Shown here in pieces: positions 6,981-16,296 of a stretch of DNA of 44,203 bases. Position 1 is the first letter of the stretch. Each line of letters starts with the position of its first letter. The stretch comes from an uncultured Spartobacteria bacterium (GTDB taxonomy: Bacteria; Verrucomicrobiota; Verrucomicrobiia; Chthoniobacterales; Chthoniobacteraceae): assembly GCA_903928175.1 (NCBI GenBank), contig CAIYQA010000444.1, positions 1-44,203 on the forward strand. Reading direction: 5' to 3'. The notes under the pieces were generated by a model. The model had not been told where the DNA came from. It made no database searches and was given only the letters and a program-made list of their open reading frames with translations. The translations under genes were made by a program, and so were the position numbers.

Positions 6981-9900
6981 ACTCCATGCAACCCTTTCAC
7001 GTCCATTCCGTGCCGCTGGAAAAAGGCACCACGCTGATCGAGGCAAGCGCTGGCACCGGCAAGACGTATTCCATCGCGGCGCTGTTCCTGCGATTGGTGC
7101 TGGAGGAGAACGCGCCGGTGCAATCCATCCTGGCTGTCACTTACACCACGGCAGCCACGCAGGAATTGCGCGAGCGGGTGCGCGTGCGGTTGCATGCGGC
7201 GCTTGCCGAATTGAAGAGCGGCAAGGCATCCGACCCGATCGTCGTGCAATATCTGGAAAAAAATCCGGACCCCAAGCCGGGTATCCGGGCGCTCGAACTC
7301 GCAGTGCAGTCGTTCGACGAAGCCCGGATTTTCACCATCCACGGTTTCTGCCAACGGCTGTTGCAGGAGCATGCTTTTGAAAGCGGCGCGCGGTATGGGG
7401 CGCAACTGGTCACCGATTCCAAACCGCTGCTGGAGGAAGTCACGCACGATTTTTGGCGCATCTGTTTTTATACCGCTCCCGCACTGCTTGCGGCACTGGC
7501 GCTGGAGCGCGGGGTATCGCCGGAGGACTGGGTGGAGTTGCTCCAGCAGAGTCGCAATCATCCCGAGTTGGTGATTTTACCGAAACCCGGGCGTGATTCC
7601 TGCGAGCAAATCGCAGCCCAGCTTGAGGACGCATTTGCGTCGATCCGGGCAGAATGGCAACGTAACGGCGCGGCAATCGAAACGCTCTTAAATGGCGACA
7701 CCGACCTCAAACCAAGCGAACGGAAACGGCGCATTGATCTGCTGAATGTTTTTCGCCGCCTGGAAGCGGATCCCGACACGGAAACCATCGAGGCGCTGAA
7801 CGCCTTCAGCGCCCCGGCGATGGAGGCCGCCACCGGCAAAAACAAAACAACGCCGAAGCATCTCTTTTTCGACCGCTGCGAAGCCTTTCGCACGCGCTCC
7901 GAGGCTTATTTCGAACGGCTCACCCATGAGTTTCTTGCGTATGCCAATGCCGAACTCCCCGCGCGCAAACTCCGGCGCAACGTATGGACCTATGACGATT
8001 TTCTGACCCTCGTCCACGCGGCGTTGCACGGCCCAAACGGCGACAATCTCGCGCGTGGGGTCGGCGCAAAATACCGCGCGGCATTGATCGACGAATTCCA
8101 GGACACCGATCCGCTGCAATACGCGATTTTCCGACGCCTGTTCGGACAGGGCGGGCACTGGTTGTTCTTTATCGGCGATCCCAAGCAGGCGATCTATGGG
8201 TTCCGGGGAGCGGACGTCTTCACGTATTTGCAAGCCGCCCAATCCGCCACGCGCAAATACACGCTGGAGACCAATTGGCGCTCCGACCAGGCGTTGCTCA
8301 ACGGCTTTAACCCGTTTTTTGCGCGGCGGGACAAGCCGTTTGTGGTTGAACATATTGAATATTATCCGGTTCATTCTTCAAAATCGGAGATTCCCGGGGA
8401 CCCGTCGCCTCCGCTCCAGTTCCGCTATCTCCAGTCCGGCGGTGGAAAAGAATTCAATCAGGAAACAGCCACACGGCACATGGCCGGGGCCGCAGCCGCC
8501 GACATTGCGCGGCTGCACAAAGGGGGAGGCGGAACCTGGCAGTGGAGCGATCTTGCCGTGCTGACGCGCACCCACCGACAGGCTTTTGCGGTGCAGGCCG
8601 CCCTGCGGCGGCGCGGCATTCGCAGTGTGCTGCACACGGAGGAAAGTGTGTTCCATGCTCAGGAAGCCGCGGAGCTTGCGCGGGTTCTGGAGGCAGTGCT
8701 GCTGCCGGGAAACAATGCCACCCTTCGCCCGGCCCTGGCCACTTCGCTCCTGGCGCTCAACGGCAATGCCATCGCGCTGCTCACACCCGAGGCGCACCAG
8801 CAATGGGTGGAGCGCTTTGCGGCTTGGCACGGCCTCTGGCGCGAGGGCGGTTTCGCCGCAATGTTTCGCTGCCTGCTCTCCGAGCACGATCTGCGCCGCC
8901 GTGTGATGGAGCAACCGGGGGGCGAACGCCGCCTCACCAACACGCTCCATCTCGCCGAACTTCTCCACGAGGCCGAAGCCGCGCACGGGTTCACTCCAGA
9001 GGCGCTGGTTGAGTGGCTTGGCGAACAACGTGCGGCACAACGCTCCGCACCCGAAGCGGCCCAGCTCCGGCTTGAAAGCGACGGCGACGCCGTGCAGGTC
9101 GTGACGGTTCACAAAAGCAAGGGGCTGGAATACGATGTGGTCCTCTGCCCATTTCTCTGGTGCCCGGCAGATACCCCGAGGCGCGACCGCGTTCAATTCC
9201 ACGATACCGAAGGACGCCTCACGCTCGACCTGCGCGGGAAACGCGGCGCGGATTCCGAAACGGTGGAACGTCATAGGCTCGAAGCTTTGGCAGAGGAAGT
9301 GCGGCTGCTGTATGTCGCCGTCACTCGCGCCCGGCACCGCTGCCTGATCTATGCCGGGGATATCCAAAAGCCAGGCCCCTCGGCGCTCGGCCACCTGCTG
9401 GGGGACGAGATTTTATCCGGCATCGAATCACTCGCCGCCGAACATCCGCAAAGCATCGCCCGCACATTTATTGACCCGGACGAGCCCGCCCGCCTCGCGC
9501 CTCAAACCGAGGCCGCACCTGTTTCCCGGCTCGTTGCGCGCGCCTTTCCAGGCTCAATCCAATGCCCGGCTTTCCTCACGAGCTTCACCGGCCTGACGCA
9601 GGAAACCAGCCGCGAGGAACCCGAGCGCGACCACCCGCTGGAACCCGCTCCGTTTTCCGAACCGCAACCGTTGGCAACGGAAGGCATCTTCCAATTCGAA
9701 AAAGGTGCGCAGGCGGGCGAGTTTTTTCATGACGTGCTGGAGCATCTCGATTTCGAGAGACCGGAGCAGCTCAGGCAGCTCGTTCCCGCCAAGCTCGCCG
9801 CGTACGGATTTTCGGGAACGCCGCACGCGGATGCCCTGGAAGCCAAGCTCGCAGAACTCCTTGAGGTGGAGCTTGCGCCGGGTCTGCGCCTCCGCAAAAT

Positions 9901-10396
9901 CCCGAAGGCAGACCGCATCGCAGAGGTCGAGTTTTCCACCCGGCTTCCGTTGCTGCGGCCCGAGGATTTGCGCGCGCTCTTCACCGGTCACGCATCGCCC
10001 GCGCTGGACCCGGAGGCATTGGGGCGGCTTCGGTTCTCGCCTGTGGCAGGGTTTTTGCGCGGATTCATCGACCTGCTTTTCCGCTACGAAGGACTCTATT
10101 ACATTGTGGATTGGAAATCGAACTGGCTGGGGAACCGGCCTGAGGATTATGACCCGGCGGGCATTGCGACGGCGATGCGAGTGCACCATTACGCCCTCCA
10201 GGCGCATCTCTATGTGCTGGCTGCGGACCGTTTCCTGGCCACGCGACTGCCGGATTACGATTACGAAACGCATTTCGGCGGGGTGTTTTATCTTTTCCTG
10301 CGTGGGGTCGATGCCGACAACCCCGAGCGCGGCGTGTTCCGCTGCCGTCCCGCTTTGGCGCTCGTGGAAAAACTCCGCGCGCTCTCCCGCGATTGA
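6977..10396 (+). CDS. recB: Exodeoxyribonuclease V beta subunit RecB (UvrD-type helicase plus PD-(D/E)xK nuclease)
   Basis: Motifs: EASAGTGKTYSI (Walker A), TIHGFCQRLL, FIGDPKQAIYGFRGAD, VTVHKSKGLEYDVV, LLYVAVTRARHR, and the C-terminal nuclease motif GFIDLLFRYEGLYYIVDWKSNWLG. The GTG start at 6977 overlaps the recC stop (GTGA); ATG at 6986 is an alternative. Confidence 0.93.
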   Translation: MNSMQPFHVHSVPLEKGTTLIEASAGTGKTYSIAALFLRLVLEENAPVQSILAVTYTTAATQELRERVRVRLHAALAELKSGKASDPIVVQYLEKNPDPKPGIRALELAVQSFDEARIFTIHGFCQRLLQEHAFESGARYGAQLVTDSKPLLEEVTHDFWRICFYTAPALLAALALERGVSPEDWVELLQQSRNHPELVILPKPGRDSCEQIAAQLEDAFASIRAEWQRNGAAIETLLNGDTDLKPSERKRRIDLLNVFRRLEADPDTETIEALNAFSAPAMEAATGKNKTTPKHLFFDRCEAFRTRSEAYFERLTHEFLAYANAELPARKLRRNVWTYDDFLTLVHAALHGPNGDNLARGVGAKYRAALIDEFQDTDPLQYAIFRRLFGQGGHWLFFIGDPKQAIYGFRGADVFTYLQAAQSATRKYTLETNWRSDQALLNGFNPFFARRDKPFVVEHIEYYPVHSSKSEIPGDPSPPLQFRYLQSGGGKEFNQETATRHMAGAAAADIARLHKGGGGTWQWSDLAVLTRTHRQAFAVQAALRRRGIRSVLHTEESVFHAQEAAELARVLEAVLLPGNNATLRPALATSLLALNGNAIALLTPEAHQQWVERFAAWHGLWREGGFAAMFRCLLSEHDLRRRVMEQPGGERRLTNTLHLAELLHEAEAAHGFTPEALVEWLGEQRAAQRSAPEAAQLRLESDGDAVQVVTVHKSKGLEYDVVLCPFLWCPADTPRRDRVQFHDTEGRLTLDLRGKRGADSETVERHRLEALAEEVRLLYVAVTRARHRCLIYAGDIQKPGPSALGHLLGDEILSGIESLAAEHPQSIARTFIDPDEPARLAPQTEAAPVSRLVARAFPGSIQCPAFLTSFTGLTQETSREEPERDHPLEPAPFSEPQPLATEGIFQFEKGAQAGEFFHDVLEHLDFERPEQLRQLVPAKLAAYGFSGTPHADALEAKLAELLEVELAPGLRLRKIPKADRIAEVEFSTRLPLLRPEDLRALFTGHASPALDPEALGRLRFSPVAGFLRGFIDLLFRYEGLYYIVDWKSNWLGNRPEDYDPAGIATAMRVHHYALQAHLYVLAADRFLATRLPDYDYETHFGGVFYLFLRGVDADNPERGVFRCRPALALVEKLRALSRD

Positions 10397-10399
10397 CCC

Positions 10400-12169
10400 A
10401 TGAAGATGCCTCACGCAAAGACACAAAGACGCAAAGAGGAAAGGCGGGACGCTGACGATTCCCTTTTTGCAGACCTCGACCTGCATTTCGCCCGCTTCAT
10501 TGCGCGTTTTGGCGGGGGGGAGATGGCGGCACGCGCGGCAGGTTTCCTGAGTCGCGCAGTGCGGCAGGGGCACATCTGTCTCGACCTCTCCATCGCTCCT
10601 TTGACGGATGCGGGCGAGCCTGTGGCGTGGGCGCCGCTTGCGGAATGGCTGGCGGCGCTCGGGGAATGCCGCGCGGTGGCTGCGCCGGATTCAAGCGCGC
10701 CCACTCCGCTCGTGCTCGATGCTGCCGGGCGGCTCTATCTCCGGCGTTATTTTGAATACGAAACCGCCCTGGCTCGCATGCTGCTCCAACGGGCAACCCC
10801 GGGGCGCAACGGTTCGCAGGAGGGCCAGGAGGCTGCGATCGCATCGGCGCTTGCACAACCGCTCACCATCATCTCGGGCGGGCCGGGGACAGGAAAAACC
10901 ACCACGGTGGTATCCATCCTTTTGCGGTTGATGCAACCGGGCTTGCAGCCGCTTCGCATCGCGCTCACCGCGCCTACCGGAAAAGCCGCAGCCCGGCTTG
11001 AACAGACGATCCGCGATGGATTGAACACACAAGGCCGCACCGATCTGCTTGCCGCGATTCCCCGCGCTTCAACGCTACACCGCCTGTTGGGGATCTGCCG
11101 CGGCTCACCCCTGTTCCGGCATCATGCAGGGAATCCGCTCGCGCTCGATTTATTGGTCGTCGATGAAGCATCCATGGTTCCGCTGCCGCTCATGGCGAAA
11201 CTTTTCGACGCATTGCCGCAGGCGACCCGCGCGATCCTGCTGGGCGACCGCGACCAGTTGGCCTCGGTGGATCCCGGCAACATTCTCGCCGACATCGTGG
11301 ATGCCGCCGCGATTCCCGGCAATGCGCTCCACGGCACACTTGCCCTCTTGAAAAAGAATTACCGCTTTGGCAATGAGAGCGCCATTTACCGGCTCTGCGA
11401 GGCGGTTCGTGCGGGAAAGGGTTGCAGCGCGCTGGAATTACTAAGTGTGCAAAGTCTCGCCGATCTCGGCAGCGCTCCCCTCCCCGCGCCGCAGCAACTC
11501 TCCAACGCGCTGCGCGAACCGGTGCTGGCAGGCTACGGCGCCTATATGCGCGAGCCGGATCCGGCAAAGGCGCTGGAAGCCTTGGGCCGATTCCGAGTCC
11601 TCTGCGCCTTGCGCAAGGGGCCCTACGGGGTCGAGGAACTCAACCGCCGCATCGCCGCGCTCTTGCGGGAAGCGGGGCTCATTCAGGGTTCACACCCGCT
11701 TTATGCCGGGATGCCGCTCCTCATCACCCGCAACGATCCCCATCTCGGCCTTTTCAACGGCGACATCGCCGTGTTGCTGCCGGATCCAGCCCAAGCCGAT
11801 GCTCCCGAAAAGCCTCTCTGGGCCTGGTTTCCCGGCGAGGGTTCCGAATTGCGCCGGATTGCGCCGACCCAACTTCCCGAGCACGAACCGGCTTTCGCCA
11901 TGACCGTTCACAAAAGCCAGGGCTCGGAATTTGAGCGCGTGCTGCTGATGTTGCCCGAGCGCGACACCCCCGTGCTCACCCGCGAATGGATTTATACCGG
12001 CCTCACTCGCGCGCGGAGCCGGATGGATGTCTGGTTCCATCCCGAGGTCTTTGAGCGCGGCGTGGCGCGGCGCACCGAGCGGACTTCGGGGCTGCGGGAT
12101 GCGCTTGCCGCAAAGAAATCAATCCACTCAGAGGATTGGCCGCAAAAAGGCGCAAGATGCGCAAAATGA
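10400..12169 (+). CDS. recD: Exodeoxyribonuclease V alpha subunit RecD
   Basis: ATG lies 3 nt after the recB stop. Motifs: ISGGPGTGKTTTV, LLVVDEASMV, LLGDRDQLASV, MTVHKSQGSEFERV, IYTGLTRAR. The first ~13 and last ~10 codons lie inside CGCAAA-rich repeat sequence. Confidence 0.92.
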   Translation: MKMPHAKTQRRKEERRDADDSLFADLDLHFARFIARFGGGEMAARAAGFLSRAVRQGHICLDLSIAPLTDAGEPVAWAPLAEWLAALGECRAVAAPDSSAPTPLVLDAAGRLYLRRYFEYETALARMLLQRATPGRNGSQEGQEAAIASALAQPLTIISGGPGTGKTTTVVSILLRLMQPGLQPLRIALTAPTGKAAARLEQTIRDGLNTQGRTDLLAAIPRASTLHRLLGICRGSPLFRHHAGNPLALDLLVVDEASMVPLPLMAKLFDALPQATRAILLGDRDQLASVDPGNILADIVDAAAIPGNALHGTLALLKKNYRFGNESAIYRLCEAVRAGKGCSALELLSVQSLADLGSAPLPAPQQLSNALREPVLAGYGAYMREPDPAKALEALGRFRVLCALRKGPYGVEELNRRIAALLREAGLIQGSHPLYAGMPLLITRNDPHLGLFNGDIAVLLPDPAQADAPEKPLWAWFPGEGSELRRIAPTQLPEHEPAFAMTVHKSQGSEFERVLLMLPERDTPVLTREWIYTGLTRARSRMDVWFHPEVFERGVARRTERTSGLRDALAAKKSIHSEDWPQKGARCAK

Positions 12170-12227
12170 AGAGAAGATCGCCAGACAGCTATTCCGAATT
12201 TTTGCGCTTTTTGCGCCTTTTTGCGGC
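12139..12227. repeat. 28-nt-arm inverted repeat between convergent recD and glnK; probable bidirectional terminator / dispersed CGCAAA-type element
   Basis: gccgcaaaaaggcgcaagatgcgcaaaa (12139-12166) pairs with ttttgcgctttttgcgcctttttgcggc (12200-12227) at 26 of 28 positions, with a 33-nt loop. The left arm contains the recD stop codon (12167-12169 abuts it). Confidence 0.7.
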
Positions 12228-12326
12228 TATTAATCGGTACAAAAAATCCGGCCCGGCTGCCCAAACCACTAGACAACCGGACCGGAGTATTACCGCTGCC
12301 GGGAATGACCCCGGCTCCCTTTTGTG

Positions 12327-12668
<342 letters not shown>

Positions 12669-12694
12669 TCAGGTTTCCCTAGGGTTGAGGTGGA

Positions 12695-14194
12695 TTAAAG
12701 GATGTAGCCTTCTTCGCCGTGTTCGGAGAGGTCCAGACCGACGGTCTCGACTTCGGGAGTGGGCCGTAAGGCTGTGACAAGCTTGATGGCATAGGCGATC
12801 ACCGCAGTGCCGACAACGGCCAGCACGATGGTTACGCCCATGGCCTTGAGTTGTTCGATCCAGAGCGTGTGGCCCACGATGTCCTTGAGATTGGTCGCGA
12901 GGTTCGCGTTCACTTCATGCACGGCGAGCACGCCGGTCATGAATGCGCCGAGCGTTCCGCCCACGGCGTGCACGCCGAAGGTGTCGAGCGCGTCGTCATA
13001 GCCAAACCACGCTTTCAACTTGAAGACCGCGAAGAACGGGATCAGGCCCGCGAGGACGCCGATGATGACGGCTCCCGTGGCGTTGACGAACCCGGTCGCC
13101 GGGGTGATCACGACGAGACCTGCGACAGCGCCCGAGCAGAAGCCGAGCACGCTGGCCTTGCCGCGCACCACGTATTCCGCAAACGCCCAGGTGGCGCAGG
13201 CGATTGCCGTGGCGAGCGTGGTGGTCATGAAGGCATTGGCGGCAACACCGTCCGCAGCGACCGCGCTGCCCGCGTTGAATCCATACCAGCCGACCCAGAG
13301 CATGCCGGTGCCGACCATGCAGAGCACGAGGTTGTGCGGGGCGAAGTTTTCTTTGCCGAACCCTTTGCGTTTGCCGAGGATCAAGCAGAGGATTAGCGCG
13401 CTCCAACCCGAGGACATGTGCACCACGGTGCCGCCCGCGAAGTCAATCGCCTTGATTCCGGCCTTGGCGTTCCAGACGCCGTTCATGAAGCCGTCCACGC
13501 CCCAGACCATGTGGGCCAGCGGGAAATAGACGATGAACATCCAGGCAGTGATGAACGTCAGCACCGCCGCGAAGCGCATGCGCTCGGCGATGGCGCCGAT
13601 GATGAGCGCCGGGGTGATGATCGCGAACATCATTTGATACATCGCGAAGACGTTGTGCGACACCCAGTAGGCGTAGTTTGTGTTGGGAGCGGAGCCGACG
13701 CCGTTCAGGAACTTGAAGGTCAGCCCACCGAGGAACGGGGTTCCCGCATCAAATACGAGGGAGTAACCGACCGCCCACCAGAGGATCGTGACCAATCCGG
13801 TGATGCCCAAGCATTGGGCAAGCACGGAGAGGACGTTCTTGCGCCGCACCAGGCCGCCGTAGAAGAGGGCCAGGCCGGGCAGGGTCATGAAGAGCACCAG
13901 CGCGGCGGAGGTCATCATCCAGGCGTTGTGGCCGGGACCTGAGGTGCCCACGGAGGGGGTCGTCAGGCCTTCCGGGATCGCCGGAGCGCCGTCCTTGTCC
14001 TTCGCGGTTTTCAACGGCGTCGTGGGATCGCTGTTGGTGAGGTAGGCTTCGAGCCCGGCCACACGTTGTTCGAGCGTGGGAGCGGGTACGGTTTTGGTTT
14101 CTTCGGCGACGCACGGGACGGCGGAACCGGCCACCAATGCGGCGATTGCACCGGCACACGCTAAACGCGCCAGGATGTTTTTGAGTTTATACAT
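12695..14194 (-). CDS. amtB: Ammonium transporter (Amt family), paralogue 2
   Basis: Start chosen at MYKLKNILARLACAGAIAALVAG. This aligns with the N-terminus of the upstream paralogue and leaves the -24/-12 element outside the gene. Signal peptide present. Amt signatures: FAGGTVVHMSSGWSALILCLILGKR and FGVHAVGGTLGAFMTG. Confidence 0.9.
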   Translation of the reverse strand: MYKLKNILARLACAGAIAALVAGSAVPCVAEETKTVPAPTLEQRVAGLEAYLTNSDPTTPLKTAKDKDGAPAIPEGLTTPSVGTSGPGHNAWMMTSAALVLFMTLPGLALFYGGLVRRKNVLSVLAQCLGITGLVTILWWAVGYSLVFDAGTPFLGGLTFKFLNGVGSAPNTNYAYWVSHNVFAMYQMMFAIITPALIIGAIAERMRFAAVLTFITAWMFIVYFPLAHMVWGVDGFMNGVWNAKAGIKAIDFAGGTVVHMSSGWSALILCLILGKRKGFGKENFAPHNLVLCMVGTGMLWVGWYGFNAGSAVAADGVAANAFMTTTLATAIACATWAFAEYVVRGKASVLGFCSGAVAGLVVITPATGFVNATGAVIIGVLAGLIPFFAVFKLKAWFGYDDALDTFGVHAVGGTLGAFMTGVLAVHEVNANLATNLKDIVGHTLWIEQLKAMGVTIVLAVVGTAVIAYAIKLVTALRPTPEVETVGLDLSEHGEEGYIL

Positions 14195-14270
14195 TTTTAA
14201 TGGATGGTTCGGTTTTGGATCCGCCACGCTTGCCGTTGTTGATTGCAAGCGCAGCCTCGAGACCGCCTTT

Positions 14271-14286
14271 AGCAGCACCCGTGCCA
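14271..14286 (-). promoter_or_regulatory. Sigma-54-type -24/-12 element for amt(2)-glnK
   Basis: The minus strand reads TGGCACgggtgCTGCT (consensus TGGCAC-N5-TTGCW), with GG and GC correctly spaced. It lies ~77 nt upstream of the ATG at 14194 and downstream of the terminator at 14384-14419. Confidence 0.45.
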
Positions 14287-14383
14287 ACCGCTCTTTTTGA
14301 AACCAAATCCCTCCTTTTTACTCTGGAAATTAAAATTTTTTGGGTCAGATCGAATCATACCAACTGCTTTGTGTGACCTGTAT

Positions 14384-14419
14384 AAAAAGCGCCATCAGAG
14401 GGGCTGATGGCGCTTTTTT
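14384..14419 (-). terminator. Rho-independent terminator after amt(1); symmetric, so potentially bidirectional
   Basis: aaaaa-gcgccatcag-agggg-ctgatggcgc-tttttt: a 10-bp perfect GC-rich stem with A/T runs on both sides, 32 nt downstream of the amt(1) stop (14451). Confidence 0.75.
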
Positions 14420-14450
14420 GTCAGAACTTCTTCCTGGGGCAACTGCCTTT

Positions 14451-15941
14451 TTATAGGATATAGCCTTCCTCGCCGTGCTCGGAGAGATCGAGGCCGGAGT
14501 GTTCCTCTTCCGGGGTAATCCGGACGGCCATCATCGCCCGGACAGCATAGGCCACCAATGCGGTGCCGACAGTCGCCACCAGGAACGTCAACCCCATTGC
14601 TTTGAGTTGTTCGATCCAGAGGCCGTTGTTTACGAGCTTGGCAAGGCCGTTGGCTTGCGCGGCGACTCCAGCGAGGTTCGGGTTGACCGCGACATCGGCC
14701 AGAAGCCCCGTCATCAACATCCCGAGCGTCCCGGCAACCCCGTGCACGCCGAAGACATCCAGCGAGTCGTCGTATTTGAACCAGGCTTTCAACTTATACA
14801 CCGCGAGAAACGGAATGACTCCGCCGAGGATGCCGATCAGCATCGCGCCGGAGGCGTTGACGAACCCGCACGCGGGCGTGATCGCGACCAACCCGGCGAC
14901 AATGCCCGAGCAGAATCCGAGCACGCTGGCCTTGCCGCGCACAAAATATTCCGCGAGCGCCCACGTGCCGCTGGCCACTGCCCCGGCGAGGGTGGTGGTG
15001 AGGAAAGCGTTGGATGCCACGCCATCGGCGGCGACTGCGCTCCCGGCGTTGAAGCCATACCAGCCGACCCACAGCATTCCCGCGCCTACCATACAAAATA
15101 CCATGCTGTGCGGGGCAAAGAGTTCCTTCCCGTAATTCATCCTCTTGCCCACAATCAAGCAAAGCACCAGCGAACTCCACCCCGAGGCCATTTCCACCAC
15201 GGTGCCGCCCGCGAAATCAATCGCGCGGATGGCGGCATGCGGATTCCACACGCCGTTCATGAGCCCGTCCACGCCCCAAGCCATGTGCGTGATGGGGATG
15301 TAAACCACAAACATCCAGAGCCCGACAAAGGTCAGGATCGCCTGGAAACGCATCCGCTCCGCCACCGCGCCGACGATCAGCGCCGGGGTGATGATGGCGA
15401 ACATCATCTGGAACATCGCATAGACATTGTGCGAGACCCACGGGGAATAGGCGCAGTTGGGAACGGAAGTCACCCCGCGCAAAAACGCATAATCGAGCCC
15501 GCCAAAAATCCGCCCCAGCGCGCCGCCCCCCGGCGCAAACGCCAGCGAGTAGCCGACCGCCCACCAGATCACCGTCACCAGCGTCGTCACCCCAAGACAT
15601 TGTGCGAGGACGGAGAGGACGTTCTTGCGGCGCACCAGGCCGCCGTAGAAAATTGCCAACCCCGGCAGGGTCATGAAAAGCACGGCGGCGGCGGAAAGCA
15701 TCATCCAGGTGTTATGGCCGGGGCCGGGCACCCCCACGGCGGGGGTGGTCAAACCGGCGGGGGTTTTTCCATTGGCGTCCACCAGGGCCGCCGCGGGATC
15801 AGTGTTTTGGAAATACGCCTCCATCGCCGCGAGCCGCTGCTCGACGGTGGGGGTGGGTTTGGATTCGAGGGCGGACGCGGGAACGGCCGACAACACGACA
15901 AATGCGCCTACGCAAGCGAGGCGCGAAAGGAGGTTACTCAT
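14451..15941 (-). CDS. amtB: Ammonium transporter (Amt family), paralogue 1
   Basis: 496 aa. Signal peptide MSNLLSRLACVGAFVVLSAVPASA. Signatures FAGGTVVEMASGWSSLVLCLIVGKR and FGVHGVAGTLGMLMTG. Collinear with the downstream paralogue over its full length. Confidence 0.93.
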   Translation of the reverse strand: MSNLLSRLACVGAFVVLSAVPASALESKPTPTVEQRLAAMEAYFQNTDPAAALVDANGKTPAGLTTPAVGVPGPGHNTWMMLSAAAVLFMTLPGLAIFYGGLVRRKNVLSVLAQCLGVTTLVTVIWWAVGYSLAFAPGGGALGRIFGGLDYAFLRGVTSVPNCAYSPWVSHNVYAMFQMMFAIITPALIVGAVAERMRFQAILTFVGLWMFVVYIPITHMAWGVDGLMNGVWNPHAAIRAIDFAGGTVVEMASGWSSLVLCLIVGKRMNYGKELFAPHSMVFCMVGAGMLWVGWYGFNAGSAVAADGVASNAFLTTTLAGAVASGTWALAEYFVRGKASVLGFCSGIVAGLVAITPACGFVNASGAMLIGILGGVIPFLAVYKLKAWFKYDDSLDVFGVHGVAGTLGMLMTGLLADVAVNPNLAGVAAQANGLAKLVNNGLWIEQLKAMGLTFLVATVGTALVAYAVRAMMAVRITPEEEHSGLDLSEHGEEGYIL

Positions 15942-16026
15942 TCGCTACGGGGTGTGGTTTGGATGTGGTTTGAAGGCCGCGCCTCAACGTGGTTTGCGAA
16001 TCAGCGCGGCGGGAGAGCGGGGATTT

Positions 16027-16042
16027 AGCAACCCTTATGCCA
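16027..16042 (-). promoter_or_regulatory. Sigma-54-type -24/-12 element for amt(1)
   Basis: The minus strand reads TGGCATaagggTTGCT (consensus TGGCAC-N5-TTGCW), ~86 nt upstream of the ATG at 15941. Confidence 0.55.
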
Positions 16043-16139
16043 GACTCCAGCTTTCCCCGAGAAAGAAGCGGCTTTCTCTGTAAAAAAATGCATAAATTCC
16101 CGCAGTTGGCGGAAAAATGCACAAAGTATCTGTATAAAG

Positions 16140-16157
16140 AACGCCAGTTTTGGCGTT
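16140..16157 (-). terminator. Weak candidate terminator hairpin downstream of polX
   Basis: aacgcca-gttt-tggcgtt has a 7-bp stem. The T-tail on the minus strand is poor (ctttat) and the T-rich run is stronger on the plus strand. Low confidence. Confidence 0.25.
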
Positions 16158-16242
16158 GTTGGTTTTATTTAGACAGGGGCTCTTGGGAGAGTTGGCTATT
16201 TTTAGCCGGTTTTTTTGGGAGGGAGGCCGGAGCATCTCTCTG

Positions 16243-16296
16243 TAGGTCCTATAGGACTTATAGGTCGTATAGGTCGTATAGGACCTATAGGACCTA
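16243..16296. repeat. Six tandem 9-bp units TAGGWCNTA
   Basis: Units are taggtccta, taggactta, taggtcgta, taggtcgta, taggaccta, taggaccta. The first unit is the reverse complement of the last two. The last unit contains the polX stop codon (16294-16296). Confidence 0.9.

Noticed and set aside
4650-7046. 798-aa ORF on the minus strand across recC/recB
   Set aside because: It is antisense to genes with unmistakable RecC/RecB motifs. Its translation is Arg/Gly/Ala-rich low complexity, typical of open antisense frames in high-GC DNA.
12695-14287. Longer 530-aa version of amt paralogue 2 starting at 14287
   Set aside because: The extra 31 residues have no counterpart in paralogue 1 and would overlie the -24/-12 element. 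The ATG at 14194 gives an N-terminus that aligns with paralogue 1.
16243-16296. CRISPR array (also considered for 26029-26102)
   Set aside because: The units are 9 and 14 bp, directly abutting with no spacers, and no cas genes are present. They are simple tandem repeats.
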